From assembly GCF_009914755.1 (NCBI RefSeq), contig NC_060940.1: a stretch of 64,000 nucleotides of DNA; one strand, 5' to 3'. The translations under genes and the position numbers were made by a program. How positions within the stretch are numbered: position 1 is the stretch's first letter; each line of letters begins with the position of its first letter. Positions 36,900 to 50,923 of the stretch are shown here, piece by piece. Below the pieces are notes generated by a model. That model was not told the DNA's origin. It was given only the letters and a program-made list of their open reading frames with translations, and made no database searches. The stretch comes from the human T2T-CHM13v2.0 reference genome, Homo sapiens.

Positions 36900-38250
36900 G
36901 GTAGGAAAAGTTTCTGTGATTTAAAAAAGAGAGCTTATTTTGAGAAATCAAAACATATACTCTCTCATGATGTAAAACTATCCCAATAAACAAGGGTAAA
37001 AGTGATCGCTAATTTTTGTATTTCCCATAAGATTAGAGATATTGTTTCTTTTAATGGAAATCCCTGAAATCCAGAAAGACAGTTTCCCAGTGAAAAGCAT
37101 AATCATGGAAATGTTCTAGTGTTGTTAGGGCAATACAGAGCAGATTGAACAGAACAGAAGACAGAATCTGTGAATTTAGAAGTGAGCTCAAGGAATCCTC
37201 CCAGAATCAGTGAAAAGACGACAAGAAATGGAGAAAATAAGACGAGAGAGAGAAAGAAAAAGGAAAGAGGAAGCTAGAAAGGCAGCTACAGATCAACTCT
37301 GTGTAAGATTTTAAATGGTGGCAACAGAGCAAATGAAAGAGAAAAAATAACTCAAGATATGACAGAAAATTCCCCTGAGCCGAAGCAAGATTTGTGTCTG
37401 TAGAATCTAGAGGCAAACTGCCCCGGCAGGCTGTTCACCTGCTTTTGCAAATAAAGTTTTATTGGAACATAGCCATGCCTGCTCATTTATACATTGTTTC
37501 TGGCGGCTTTTCTGCTACAACAGCAGAATTGCATGCTGGCCACTACAGACCCTATGACCTACTTAGAAAGCTGTATGGCCTTCTAAGAAAAGATCTGCTA
37601 TCCTCTCTAAGAGTTCTTCGATGCATACATGGCTAAAATGTTTGCATTTCAAGGATAAAAAATTTAGAATCCTATAATCATTTAGTCCTCTAGGGTGGAG
37701 GGTAGAAATACCCAAATTACCTTCAAAAGAAGAAAGAAAGAAATTGCACTAGGTCATACTTCTTAGCAAATTCTAAGATAAAATGTTATCAAAATCCAAA
37801 AACTTTCAGAGGATTGAGATTGAGAACTAAGACTATATGCAGCCAAGGTGCCATTCTTGTATATTCGTAATCTTTTTTGTGCTTCCACTCCTGGGGTGGT
37901 GTCTGCAATCCCAGTCACAGCCCTCCGAAAGTGTGCGGGTAATCTTATGGGGACAGATTCATAAACAACATATGTTGTGACTATTACTTCTTGAAAACAA
38001 AAATCATCAAAGAAACACTCCAGGTGGCTGAAAAATGAAGCAAAATAAATAATTCAGATATGAGAAAAAGCAATATAAAAGAAACATTGCTTAACAGAGA
38101 ACCCAAAAATTTCAAGTTAATTTCTTAATAATTGCAGTTAACATGATTATAAAACAATGCAAGTGTCAAAAAATAATTCTGGAAAGAGATGAAGCCCAAT
38201 GTAAAAATGTATTAATTATAATATTCTTATTCTAAAAGCCAGATGGGGCT
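36900..38250 (+). mobile_element. Ancient HAL1/L1 ORF1-like remnant
   Basis: A-rich strand bias. 'aggaatcctcccagaatc...gaaatggagaaaataa...cagaaaattcccctgagccgaag'. Confidence 0.55.
37408..37605. mobile_element. MER58A
   Basis: 'tttgcaaataaagttttattggaacatagccatgcc...ctacaacagcagaattg'. Confidence 0.85.
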
Positions 38251-38740
38251 GGAAAAGGAATTGGTGATGCTAGTACTGGTAATTATAGCTTCCATTTTTA
38301 GAAGTTACTATGTATTAAGCACAAAAATAATGCCGATATAAATATTGTTTTTCATAAATCTTTGTACACATCTTTAATATTAATTCCTTAACATAAATTC
38401 TTAGAAGGTGAATGCTGGGTCTGAGCATTTAAAAATCTTTCAACACAGTGAAATTTGAACTCTCAATAGAAATATATAAGTGTTCATTTCTCTGGAATCT
38501 TGCCAATGACAATTATTATCATTTTGCTAGTTATAACAATGAAAATAATGTATGAAAAAGTATGGAAGTTTGAAAATTTTTGTACAAACTAGAGCAAATT
38601 AAGGTTATTTGATATAGTACTATAACTTTCACTCATTTGTGTTCTGATATACTTCTCAAATAGAAGAGACCACTACTCTATTTATTTTCACTTCTCATGA
38701 AGTTACTAGGTGGCATGTTTTTGTGGCATATAAATGTCAA

Positions 38741-39031
38741 TTTTTTTTTTTTTTGAGATGGAGTCTCACTCTGTTGCCCAGGCTGGAGTGCAGTGATGTG
38801 ATCTTGGCTCACTGCAACCTCCACCTCCTGGGGTTCAAGCGATTCTCCTGTCTCAGCCTCCTGAGTAGCTGCGATTACAGGCATGTGCCACCACGCCTGG
38901 CTTTTGTATATTTAGTAGAGACGATTTTGCCATGTTGGCCAGGCTGGTCTCAAACTCCTGACCTCAGGTGATCTGCCCACCTCAGTCTCCCAAAGTGCTA
39001 GGATCACAGGCGTGAGCCACCATGCCCGGCC
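38741..39031 (-). mobile_element. AluSx-like
   Basis: Full antisense Alu with TSD 'ataaatgWcaatttt'. Confidence 0.93.
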
Positions 39032-40719
39032 ATAAATGACAATTTTAAGGGGATATAAAATTTTTTATTTGGAGACAACATTGATGAGAATTGAGGGACC
39101 TTAAATAATTTATAGCAAGTCCTCAAAATGAGATTCTCTGCAGCCATTAAAAGTCATATTCAGAAAAACTATTAGAGGTGTAAGAAGCTTCTGGAAATAT
39201 AATACTGAGTGAACAATAGTTTATAGGATACAATCCCAATTCTGAGGTTAAAAAGCATATACCATGTACAAATAAGGAGATAAGCCAGACATTAACAAGG
39301 ATGGTCTTTAAAAGATGACAATCCAGAAGATGGGGTTTCTCCTTTATTCTTTTCTGTATTTTCTAAGTTTGCTACTTAAACATTTTAATACATAGAGAAA
39401 AACCGATATCTTATAAGTAAGCTAGAAGTTTTTATCTGTTTCCCTGGCAACTAGGGCAGTATCTGGCTCCCAGTAGACACTTCCGTCAATGTCCACTGAA
39501 TGAATGAGTGAGTAAGTGAATGAGTAAAAGACTGTGTGTTTCCCCTAGGCAGAATCCCCTTTCCTGGGGCATCTGAGATCTCCTGATTTCAGCAGGCCTG
39601 GGATCCTGCCCCTATCGGCTTGCTTCCCACCGTCAGCTGCTTAGCTGCTTTGACCCTCACCCTTCTCCCTGTTTGGATCTCCGCAGCATCCCCACAGTGG
39701 GGGCCTCCCCAGGTCACCTGCTTCATCTGCTAGGCCTGGGCCCCAGATCTCCATCACTAAGGCCCACCAAGTTGGTCTTGACTTTGCCAGTTCTTCTTCC
39801 TTCTGAGCTAGAAAACTCCTTTGGAAAAACTTCTTGGCCAAGGACATGACACCTTGGGAAACTGATCCAGGCAGTCAACAAGGCTGATGTCATCCGGATA
39901 ACACCAGGATCACACTGAGCTCCCCTTCCCAGTTGATTTGTTTCCTTGCAGGGAACGTTAATTTGTAAAAATCATGAATAGATTTGTAGTCTGAACTGGC
40001 CCTTAAGAACAGAGCTGTAAACACCAATGTGATGTAATGGCTGGTTCTATTCTGATTTGTCAGTGACAATGTTTTACCAGTACTCAAAATGTCTCAAGTA
40101 TCATCCCTGCTTACATGGGAGTTTGAGTGAGGAAGAGACTGTTGGACTGTTTGCTCTGGTTGAATGAGACTTAGCAGGTTTGTATAACACATTTTGTCCT
40201 ATCAAAAATAGCTGAGATTACATAAGCATAACCTCTCCCCAGAGCAAATATGCATTTGAGAGGCAGTGAAACATACATAATTATAGATGTAAAACTCTAA
40301 AAATAGGCTCTGTGCCACACACAGGCAGCTGAGAGCGTGGGACTTGAGTGCAATGCTGCCACGTATGGCAATATTAATAGGAGTTGTGGCACCATCCCAG
40401 GTGGCCCAGTGAGGCGATGCAGAGCTATTACAGACAGGAAAAGACAGAGAGATTTAAAATGTTTGTGTGCAAAGAAGGTTGCTGCTTATTTGAGCCTGTC
40501 AAAGGCTGTTCCAACTGACTGTGGTCTTCTCCCAAGGGACAGGAAATAAGAAGTCATCAAACAACCACGATTGTTACATTGTTACCTCTTATTGTATTCT
40601 TATTCTAACTAGTCAGTATGAATAATAATAGCAGCTTGTGCTTAAAAGCATGTGCTGTATTTTTCGAGGGATTTTCACTTCTACAGTTATTCAATTCAAC
40701 CAGTCTATATTGAGGGCTA

Positions 40720-41160
40720 TTTCAAGTGGGCTTTACTATATAACACAACCTCCCCACAAAACTTGACGACTTAAATCAACCACAATTGATTTACATTTTG
40801 TTAAGTTGGCTGTGTGATTTTCTGCTTGTCTCAGCTGGAAGGTCCCAAGATGGCCTCAGGCGCATGTCTAGCAGCTGTGCTGGGACACTTGACTGGAAAC
40901 CCTGATGCTCCTCCCTGGGGACTCTTGTCTTCCAGAAGGCTAGACCAATTTCCTGATCTGAGGTTTCTGGGCAGTGCTTCAGGACGGCCCCAGTGAAAGT
41001 TGCACTGTCTCTTAAGGTCTACTTGCATGATGTCACCTCCACTGCATTCTTCTGGTCAACACCACTCGCAAGGTCAACCCATATTCAGCAATGGGAAAAT
41101 AAACCCCACCTCTTGATAGGAGGAGCTGCAAAATTTTGTAGGAGTATTCAATTTAAGACA
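40720..41160 (-). mobile_element. MLT1-family LTR
   Basis: 'cccacaaaacttgacgacttaaatcaac...tccaagatggcctc...ctgcattcttctggtcaa...ccacctcttgataggaggagctgcaaa'. Confidence 0.75.
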
Positions 41161-41179
41161 ACAGGGCTAAGCTAGATAC

Positions 41180-41360
41180 TGACTTACGTCATCTCATTTA
41201 ATTCTCACAGGATCCCTGAATGGAAAGGAATGCTATGCACACTTTTTGGATACAGGAAGTGAGATTCAGAGGGGTTAAACAGCTTTCCTAAAGCCACACA
41301 GCGAGAGAGTCGATCTGAACTGAAGATTGTTTGACATCAAAGCTCATTTCTTTCCCTAAA
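41180..41360 (-). mobile_element. MIR
   Basis: 'atctcatttaattctcaca...gagattcagaggggttaaacagctttcctaaagccacacagc'. Confidence 0.8.
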
Positions 41361-41535
41361 TGTCAGCATTCTTTCCTGACTTATTAATTTGATTTCTGTC
41401 CTCCCCTCATGGAAGTTAATTAAAGGAATGCGAGAACCTTTTAGAAAATCTCCAGGGCAGCTTCTGTGTTGATCGTTGTTTCACAATCTCTTTTCCACCC
41501 AATCCCCACCAGCCCTTTAGATCTGTTTCTGTTAG

Positions 41536-42026
<491 letters not shown>

Positions 42027-43214
42027 TGTTTTGTGTTTTTAATCTCTTTTGCAGATGGGGAAACTGAAACAGGTCAGTAAGTTGTAGAACTGGGATCTGA
42101 AACCTGGGCCATCGGACTCCAGAGTTGATGGCCTTGCCTCCCTCACTTGCCAGCCTCTCCAATCATAAAGGAACTTCAAGCAGAGAATGGGAGAAGTTGT
42201 GGCCAGTGTGACCCCAACTCTCATTCCAAGGCCCTCTTCATCACCAGCACCTTCTCCTTTCCTCAACCCACCTCGCCTCTGAACAATGAGTCCCAGTTTT
42301 GCAGTACCAGAGATTGAGGGGCAGGGCAGTTAGATGCGTCTCTGCAAGTTTCCTGAGATGGTGATGGCAGGTGGCAGGGCAGGACCCAGGTATCCTGCCT
42401 CCTGGGTCTGGGCTGTGCCTAAGAGGAAAAGAAGGACATTATTAAACCCCAGGGCCAATCCCTGAGCCTAAGTAGCCCTGTGCCACTGCGGATGTGGCAG
42501 CACCTTTTGAGGCAAGTAGGGATAGGATCTTTTAAAAATAAGAGAACTTCTGATCTCCCTTAAGTTGGCCAGAGAGCCCAGACCACTTTCCCTCCTCAGT
42601 GGACATGGGACTTGAAATGCAAACCCGCCTTCGGCACTGGGATCAGCAGTAACACTGGCGAGTCTTCCGAAGACTGGGTGGTTGGCTGCGTTCCCCACAT
42701 TCCCCACACTCAGAGAAGCCCTCTCTCCCACACTACCAAAATCACACACTGCTGAGCTTTGCTTTGAAACACAACATCCAACAAATTATGAATCATGAAG
42801 ATCCGGACTCATTGGCCAACAAATTAGAGGATGATTTGCTTCTGGTTTCCCGTCAACAGTGGGATGCCCAAACACCTGTCTGCATCGGTTTCTAGGGGCA
42901 TCCACTGCCCATCAGCAGAGAGGCCGAGAAGCTGATGTGCAGGGAAGTGGTGGGAAAGGAAGCCTTTCCAGAAGTGACTGACCGTCACATTGGGTGCGAT
43001 CCACTGCCACTAGAATTCACCATGCAGGTAAAGCATGGTGGGAACATGATGTATTTTGATGGCGCATTACAGATTTTAAAGCTCTTTGATATCACTCATT
43101 CTTGCAAAGGGTATCTTATTTCATTTATTTAGTTTTAAACCTAATATTCATTATGCCAGGCACCACAGTGAGTATCTTATATAGGTTTTATATTTTATTT
43201 GTATGTTTTTATAT

Positions 43215-43690
43215 GCATATATACAATAGCATAAAAGTTACCATTTTAACTATTTTAAGTGTACAGTTAAGTGGCATTAAGTGCATTAGTACCGTTGCAC
43301 AACCATCACCATCATCCATCCAAAGAACTTTTTTCACCTTGAAAACTGAAACTCCTTACCTTTTAAACAACAGCTCCCCATTCCCCCTCCTCCTAGCCCC
43401 TGGCAACCCCTATCCTCCTTTCTGTCTCTATGAATTTGGCTTCTCTAGGGACCTCATGTAAGTGGAATACTACAATACCTGTCCTTTTGTAACTGGTGTA
43501 TTTAATTTAGCGTAATGTCTTCAAAATTTATCTGTGTTATAACATGCGTCAGAATTTCCATCTTTTTGAATACTGAAGAATATTCTGTTGCATGTATGTT
43601 CCACATTTTGTTCATTTCATGGACATTAGGGCTGTTTCCACCTTTTGGCTGTTACAAATAATGCTGATATGAAGTCCAATGCACAACTTC
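43215..43690 (-). mobile_element. L1MB-type 3' end
   Basis: 'accattttaactattttaagtgtacagttaagtggcattaagt...ccctggcaacc...tctgtctctatgaatttg'. Confidence 0.85.
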
Positions 43691-44919
43691 ACGTGGTTTT
43701 TGTCAGTTACTCTTCAAAACAAATCTACAAGGTAGGTCCTCATACCTTCTCATTTTCAGATGATGAAACCTGAGGTGGAAAGAAGGTAACACACCTGTCA
43801 AAGGTCACCTCTAGTAAACAGTAGAGCCACTTCATTCATTCATTTTCATTCATTCATTTATTCATTCATATTCAGCAATATTTTGGGGTCCTTTGAGGTA
43901 ACTACCATGTTCTGGCACTGTTGTTGATGACAGAAGTACAGAAGTGATCTGAGCTTACACTTTCTAATTCCATGGTCCCCTCTCTTCACTCTCACACCCT
44001 GCTGCCCCTCTATATGTAAATATCTGAGATTCTAGAAGTAGATATAATGATTTATAAAATATAGATAGATAGACATATATATGAAATATTTATAAAAAGC
44101 AAATTTATATTTTGTGGAAATAAATATAAAATTAAGATCCAGTGAAAGATGCAGAATTTTAAGTATAAAGGGCTAATATGCAATTCAATGTGGTGTGTGT
44201 AGGGGACAGTGCACCATTGTTCATCTCAGTGCAATGAGGAAGGCAAGACTTAGAGAGGCAAAGTGATGGGTCCAGGGCTCCGCAGCAGAGTTGAGACCCT
44301 GCCCAGGTGTTCTGAGGCAGGTTTTGTGCTTTCCCCCTGAAACAAACAAACTCTTGTAAAACATGAAAGGAAAGAAAAACATACTCTGATGAGCAAATGC
44401 CATCCCCTCAGGTAGAGATGAGGCTTTGAGTTTCAGGTCCTGCTTCCCAGATGACCAAGGCAGTGAGTATGAGGCTGGCCTCTGTGACAGACAGGCACAT
44501 CCACCGAGTCTAAGAGTTTGATATGCACCTACTGTTTGATCCTCACAAAAGCTGCCTTGTGTTCCACACCACCTTATAGAAGGAGAAACTGAGGCTGGGA
44601 GTAGTTAATTCATTGTCTCACTGGCACAAAGCTAACAAGTTGCAGAACTGGCATGTGACTCCCAATTCCTTACTTAACTCCTACGATTCTTCCACGGCCA
44701 AGGAATGACTCCGGCATCAGAAATAGATGAGGCCTCTGGTGGTCTTCCAGCTCTGTGGGGGTCCTCAGGCAGGGCTGCTGAGCTGCTGCCACCACCAATT
44801 CCTTACCCGTCTGTCCCTGCCCCTCCCACTGTGTGACTTCCTGGAGAGCCCTCTCCTCTCGTTGACTGCGGTGGTCCTTGACTCCTTTATACAGCCCCAG
44901 TCAGTTTTGAGAGGGAGAT

Positions 44920-45420
44920 TTTCATTCTTTTATTCACTTATGTACTCAGCAATATTTGGGGGGATCCTACCATGTTCTGGCAATGTTGTTGACGCTGGAC
45001 ATACAGAAGTGAACAAAATAGACACTCTCCCTGACCCGAGAGTTCCAGTTGGGGGAGAAAGACGTAAACATAATAAAAACATAATTTTAGGTGGGAATAA
45101 AAATAAGAGCCATGAAGGAAAGTAAAGCAAGGTAAAGAGATTGAAGCAGTTGGCATAAGGGTGGCTACTTTGGGCAGGGTGATCAAGGAGGGCTGCATGG
45201 AGGAGGTGATATAAAAGCAGAGAGAGCCACGTGAAGGATGGCTAGGGGGCTTGGGGTCGAGCAGAAAGAAGTTTAAGTATAAAATCCCTGAGAGGAGGAG
45301 AACTTGAAAGGTTTGGCAAAGAGGAAGGTCAGTGTGTCAGGAGAAGGCCGAGGGGTGAAGAAGAGGGGAGCCAGGTTAGAAGGACTGGCAGAGGACACTG
45401 ACCTGAGAGCTGACCAAGGC
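44920..45420 (-). mobile_element. L2a fragment
   Basis: 'cagaagtgaacaaaatagaca...ggctactttgggcagggtgatcaaggagggc...ggaggtgat'. Confidence 0.75.
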
Positions 45421-45859
45421 GAGGACTTTGGGGGGTCAGGGGCTTGGCAAATATGATCGACTCAGTATGGCCGTTCATACTGTTGCCTTTTCCAGGCCAC
45501 TTCTCCTGCTGGGGGCAGTGAGGAGCCTGCTAGCCCTGCTGCTTTGGAAAGCCCAGAGGACCAAGAAACTGAGGCTGCAGGGGAAAGGTGGGGAGAGGAG
45601 AGGCAAGCAGCAGCAAACTGCTGGAACGCCTGCAAATGGGCTGCTCCGAAGGCTCTGGGGCCTTGGTTCTGCTCTGCACAGAGCTGGCTGTCCTGGCTGA
45701 CATCTGTTGTGACCTCTTCCAAAGTGACTTCGCCCCATCTCTCTCAGAACGAGCCCGGACAGTGGGTGTGAATAAGCCCAGTAATCCTCGATGAGGAAGC
45801 CCCGTGTCCACGTGCGTAGCTCAGTGGGGAGGGGGAAGAACGCAGCTCAAACTTCAGGT

Positions 45860-46060
45860 AAGATGGGCCTGGCTCTGCCACTTAGCTGTGTGACCTGAGA
45901 TGAGTGTTTCAGCCTCTCTGAGCCTCTGTTTCTTAATCTACAAAAATGGCAACAAGATATCCACCTATTGGGTTGTTATAAAGTTTAAGTAGGAAAATAC
46001 ACATGAAGAGCTTTCACTAGCACCTGGGCCTGACAAATACTTAGTATTAGAGTTGCTGTT
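45860..46060 (+). mobile_element. MIR
   Basis: 'ctggctctgccacttagctgtgtgacct...cctctctgagcctctgtttctt'. Confidence 0.85.
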
Positions 46061-46354
46061 GTCCTGAAGGAACAGAGTTAGGATGAGAAGAGCTGAGATT
46101 CACAACCACCAGGTTGCCAGACTCTAAATATTCTGCCATTTCTGGCCCCTACATTCATGACAACAATCATATCATGAAGGCAAGGCCTGTGCTGTTCCTC
46201 TTACTCTGATTTGACAGCTGAGGAGACAAGGTCTCCATGGTTCCTGCCTTGAATGCTGACCTGGCAGCCACATGGACCTGGCAGCTATCTCAGGAAACTG
46301 GGTGAAAAAGAGCCCTTTCCCACCCAGCCTGGACTTAGCATGGGCAGGGACAGG

Positions 46355-46809
46355 CAGGGAGGAGGGAGGCAGGAAGGAGAGAAGGAAGGAAAGAAGAAAG
46401 GAAGGAAAGAGGAAGGAAGGAAGGAAGGAGGGAGGCAGAAAGGGAAGAAAAGAAGAAGGAAGGGAAGGAGGAAGGGAAGAAGGAGCAAAGGCAGAAAAGA
46501 AGGAAGGAGTGAAGGAGGGAAGGAAGGAGGGAAGGAAGGAGAGAAGGAGGGGAGGAAGGAGGGAAGGAGGGAGGGATGGGGGAGGAAGGAGGGAATAAGA
46601 AGGATAGGAGGGAGAGGAGGGAAAGAGGGAGGGAAGAAGAGAAGAAGGGAAGGAGGGAGGGAGGAGGGAAGGAGGGAGGGAGGAGGGAAGGAGGGAGGGA
46701 GGAAGGAGGGAGAAAGGGAGGGGAGGAGGGGAGGGAGGAGGGAAGAAGCAAAGGAAGGAGAGAAGGAATGAAGACAAGGAAGAAGGAAGGAAAGGAAGGA
46801 AGAAAGAAA
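46355..46809. repeat. ~450-bp polypurine (GGAA/GGAG/GAAG) low-complexity tract
   Basis: Almost exclusively A/G on the + strand. Confidence 0.97.
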
Positions 46810-46855
46810 CAAAATAAAGGAACAAAGTTTCCTTTTCCGCCCCAGGATCTCTGGG

Positions 46856-47370
46856 TATGGCAGATTGGATTGGCCTAAATGGCCACACACTTTGTTCCAT
46901 CCTGCGGACTCTTCTTACAGTGAGGCCTTACCACTCCTCCATCAAGTGAAATCTCTGTGCCTTCCCCTTGTGCCTGAGTGGGTCTTTGTGATTGCCTCAA
47001 TCAATAGAGCAAGGCAGTGGTGACTTTAAGTGACTTCCTAGGTCTCAGGAGATGATACAGCTCCCACCTGGCTCTCTGGGGAAACTTATTCTTGGAACCC
47101 ACTGGCCATGCTGTGAGGAAGCCCAGGACACATGGAGAGCCTCATGGGTTCTAGCCAACAGCCAACTTAAATCACCAGATGTGAGAATTAAGAGGTCTTC
47201 AAGGTGACTCCAGCCACTGCCTGTCAAAAATGAAATGAGGGGCCCCAGACAAGAACCACCTAATTGCACCAGTCAACCTCAGAGCCATGAAAGATAATGA
47301 TAATAAATGGTCATTTTTGTTTTACTCCACTAAACTGAAGGTAGAGTGTTATGCAACGCAGACAGCTGGA
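46856..47370 (+). mobile_element. MLT1 (F/G-like) solo LTR
   Basis: 'ccactcctccatcaag...cttggaacccactggccatgctgtgaggaagcccagg...agataatgataataaatggtcatttttgtttt'. Confidence 0.8.
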
Positions 47371-47842
47371 GCTCTGGGGAAAGGGGCTAGGCTGGCAGTG
47401 GCCGTGGCTCTCTCCCTCTGTGACCTCAGAGCTCCTGCACATGCGGGCCTGGCACAAGGGGGCCCAGCCTGTTCCCGGCAGCTCCTGCAGAGCCAAGTGC
47501 AGGGCCCGCCACGGAGGTACTGCTCAAATAATGTTTGCAGAATAATTGTATTGATTGATTTGATTCCAAAAAATAGACAAACCAATATTGTGCTGATTTT
47601 TTTTAAGTGTTGAAGAATAGAATGTCTGGGAAGTATGAGATGGGATGGGGTCGCAGCAGGGGGTTCCCCTTCTAGGACAGGCTGTGCTGACAGGTGCCGA
47701 TTCTGCTTTCTAAGCAGGGATCCTTGGTCCCTGTGCATAGAACCTCTCAGAGAGGAAAGAGCTAGAAGGGTCTTGAGGATCCAGAGAAGGACTATTAGAT
47801 GTTGTCTGGATATGGAGGAGCCTCAGTCCTGAGATAGGTTGC

Positions 47843-48020
47843 TTCATTCATTTGTTCATCCACTAATTCATTTATCAAATATTTATTGAGCACATACTAT
47901 GTGCCAGGCACTCTTTCAGTCACTGGGGAAACACAGTAAACAAAACAGACCAATGTCCCTTCTTCCACTCACTTCCTCACTTTCTAGTGGTAGAGACAGG
48001 CAAGAAACCAAATAAGCCAT
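47843..48020 (-). mobile_element. L2a 3' end
   Basis: 'caaatatttattgagcacatactatgtgccaggcact'. Confidence 0.85.
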
Positions 48021-48388
48021 ACCCACTTCTTGCAAACCATCAGGACCAGGACTTTCTCTGTTGCACAAGCCCATTGTAAAGAGAGGCAGGTCCATTTTCC
48101 TTTCTCCAGGGACTGAGGCTGGAGTCCCTGGATGGGCCCAGCCTGGTGCACTGTGGGGTAGGAAGGTGCACTAGACTACAAGTGAAGAGACCTGGCTTGG
48201 AGTTCTCAATCTGGTGATGGCCAAGTCACTTTGCTACCCTGTTCCTCGATTTACTCACCTATCTTAAAGGGGCCAAGAAACCAGTCCTACTTACCTCCCA
48301 AGAATGCTGTGAGGTTACATGGGACACAGCTGTAAAAATATTTCACAGATCCTAAAGAGCTCTACAGATATAAGAAACTAGAATTCCC

Positions 48389-48776
<388 letters not shown>

Positions 48777-50534
48777 CTAGTCCTGATGGCAAACCATGGC
48801 AGTAAAAGGGGCGAGGCCCACCCTCCAAGGAAGCCATTGCTAACACGGATGCGGAGACACCAGAGGTCTCACCTGGAGCCTGTGCATGGGGCAGAGATGA
48901 CACTTCACCCATGAGCTCCACCCACCTTCCCCTGTCTCAACAGCCTCAGCTCCTCCAAACCCCCTCTGGCAAGGAAGTTCAAGAATCTGCCAGTTGGCAT
49001 CCACTGGGGAGAACAATGGGGCCAGCCTGACATTTCATTTCATCAAGGCCTCATTTTCTATTTCAGTCATTAAATGGAATTTTGCTTTAAAATGATTAAT
49101 AAGTTTGAATCCATATAGCAAGTTATAGATTAACAATTGTGGGCCCCATAGGCAGAGCAAAAGAAACTCGATTATTGCATTTCATTCATCAAAACTCTAA
49201 TAAGAATGTCATTACTTATATGCCTTTGCCTCCCAATCTTGAACAATAGGCCACTTCCTAGGACTTTGTGGGACCTAGCAACAACCCAAAAAATGAATAT
49301 GTTCACCTGCAAGGAAAAATATTACCCTGGATTTACAATGGCCCTGTAAGCCATGAAAAGGAAATCTCAAAAAGGTACCTCTGGGCTTGCAGTGACCTGG
49401 CTGGCCAATCCTTTTTTCACTAGGCCTCAAGAAAAATATCCAAATGATATTCCTGCAAGTTCTATGCCCAAAATTATTCCAAAAATAACACCCACAAAAT
49501 AGATGAACCAGTGGGTCAGGAAGGGATTTTCCTTAGAGGCTAATGTCTTCTGCGACATGCCATGCACGTGAGTGATTTACATGCCGGACTTGCAGGTATT
49601 ATGGGCTGCCCTCACAGAGGCACTGGCCCCGGTCTTCCGGGCCCTGCACGTTTCCTACCCATCTGAGGCCAGGGCTGCCTTTGGTGGCATTTTCCCGCAG
49701 ACTGTGGGTTCTTTCACACGGCTGTTGTGTTTTCTTTCCCTCTCCTCCCATAAGTGCACCTTATATGTCTCCAAGGCTCACTCAGCTCCTTCCTCTCTGC
49801 TCGAGACATTTTTCCGTCTCACTCAGCATTTCCACCCGCTGGGGTTCAGGCAGCCAGCAGCTGCCTGACCTCTGGTGAACTCTTCCCTTTGCCCATTCCT
49901 TGGACAGCCCCTTGGTTCTCCCACTCACTGCTCTTTCCTCCTGGGATGAGCTCATCGGAGCTGGGAACAAATGTGGGCAGAGGGGAGTCTGGCATCTGCC
50001 AGGAAGGGCTCCGAAGGATGAGCAGAGCATTTTCCTTCCTCCGTTGATCGACTTAGATGCCAGGCTTGGCACTAAAAGGAGGATGTGACACTGAATAGGG
50101 CCAGATCCTTTCCAGAGGTTAAGACAGTCAAATACAGAGCAGAACCCTGAACCACCAGGATGATCTATTGGCATGCATCACAGAAAACATACAGGGTGAT
50201 GCGGGAGAGTTGAAAGGGTGCAGGTGGCAGGATGCAGAGAGGGGAAATCTGTGTTTTCAGGTGCTCATGGGGGTCCTGTATTAGAGTTAGAGATAGGGTT
50301 CTCCCAGGGCAGACAGAGCCCATGCATGGCTTCATGAGCAGACAGAGCCTCTGGCAAAGAAAAAGGCTCTCCTTTCCCTGGATGGGTGGAGCTCCACGCA
50401 GTGCAAGGGTCTTGGCCAGCAGAAGAAGGCTCAGACATGCAGCACCTGCAGCGAACTGCCCAGACAGCCCTGTGCAGAGGCCTCTGGTGACACTCCCGGA
50501 AAAATGCCACTGGAGGAGAGACTTGAACGGTGGT

Positions 50535-50923
50535 GGCACAGGCTGAATTCTGTCCCTCCCTCACCCCATATTCATATGTTGAAGCCCTAACCCCAGAACC
50601 TCAGAATGTCACTGTGTTTGGAGATAGGATCTTCAAAGAGGTGATTAAGTTAAAATGATGCTGTTCGGGTAAGCCCTAATCTAATGTGTCTGGTGTTTTT
50701 ATATAAGAAGAGAAAATTTGGACACACAGAGAGACACCGGGGGACATGCACGCACAGAAGGAAGACCATGTGAGGACACAGCAAGAAGTGTCTGTCCGCA
50801 AGCCAAGGGCAGAGACCTCACCAGAAACCAAGCCTGCTGACACCCTGCTCCTGCACTCCCAGCCTCCAGCACTGGGAAAAGATACATTTCTATCAATCAA
50901 GCCACCCAGTTGGTGGTATTTTG
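50535..50923 (+). mobile_element. MLT1B-like MaLR LTR
   Basis: 'attcatatgttgaagccctaacccc...cctcagaatgt..ctgtgtttggagatagg...gaagaccatgtgaggacacag...aagccacccagt'. Confidence 0.9.

Noticed and set aside
46172-46900. 242-aa and other ORFs over the purine tract
   Set aside because: Low-complexity sequence lacks stop codons by composition.
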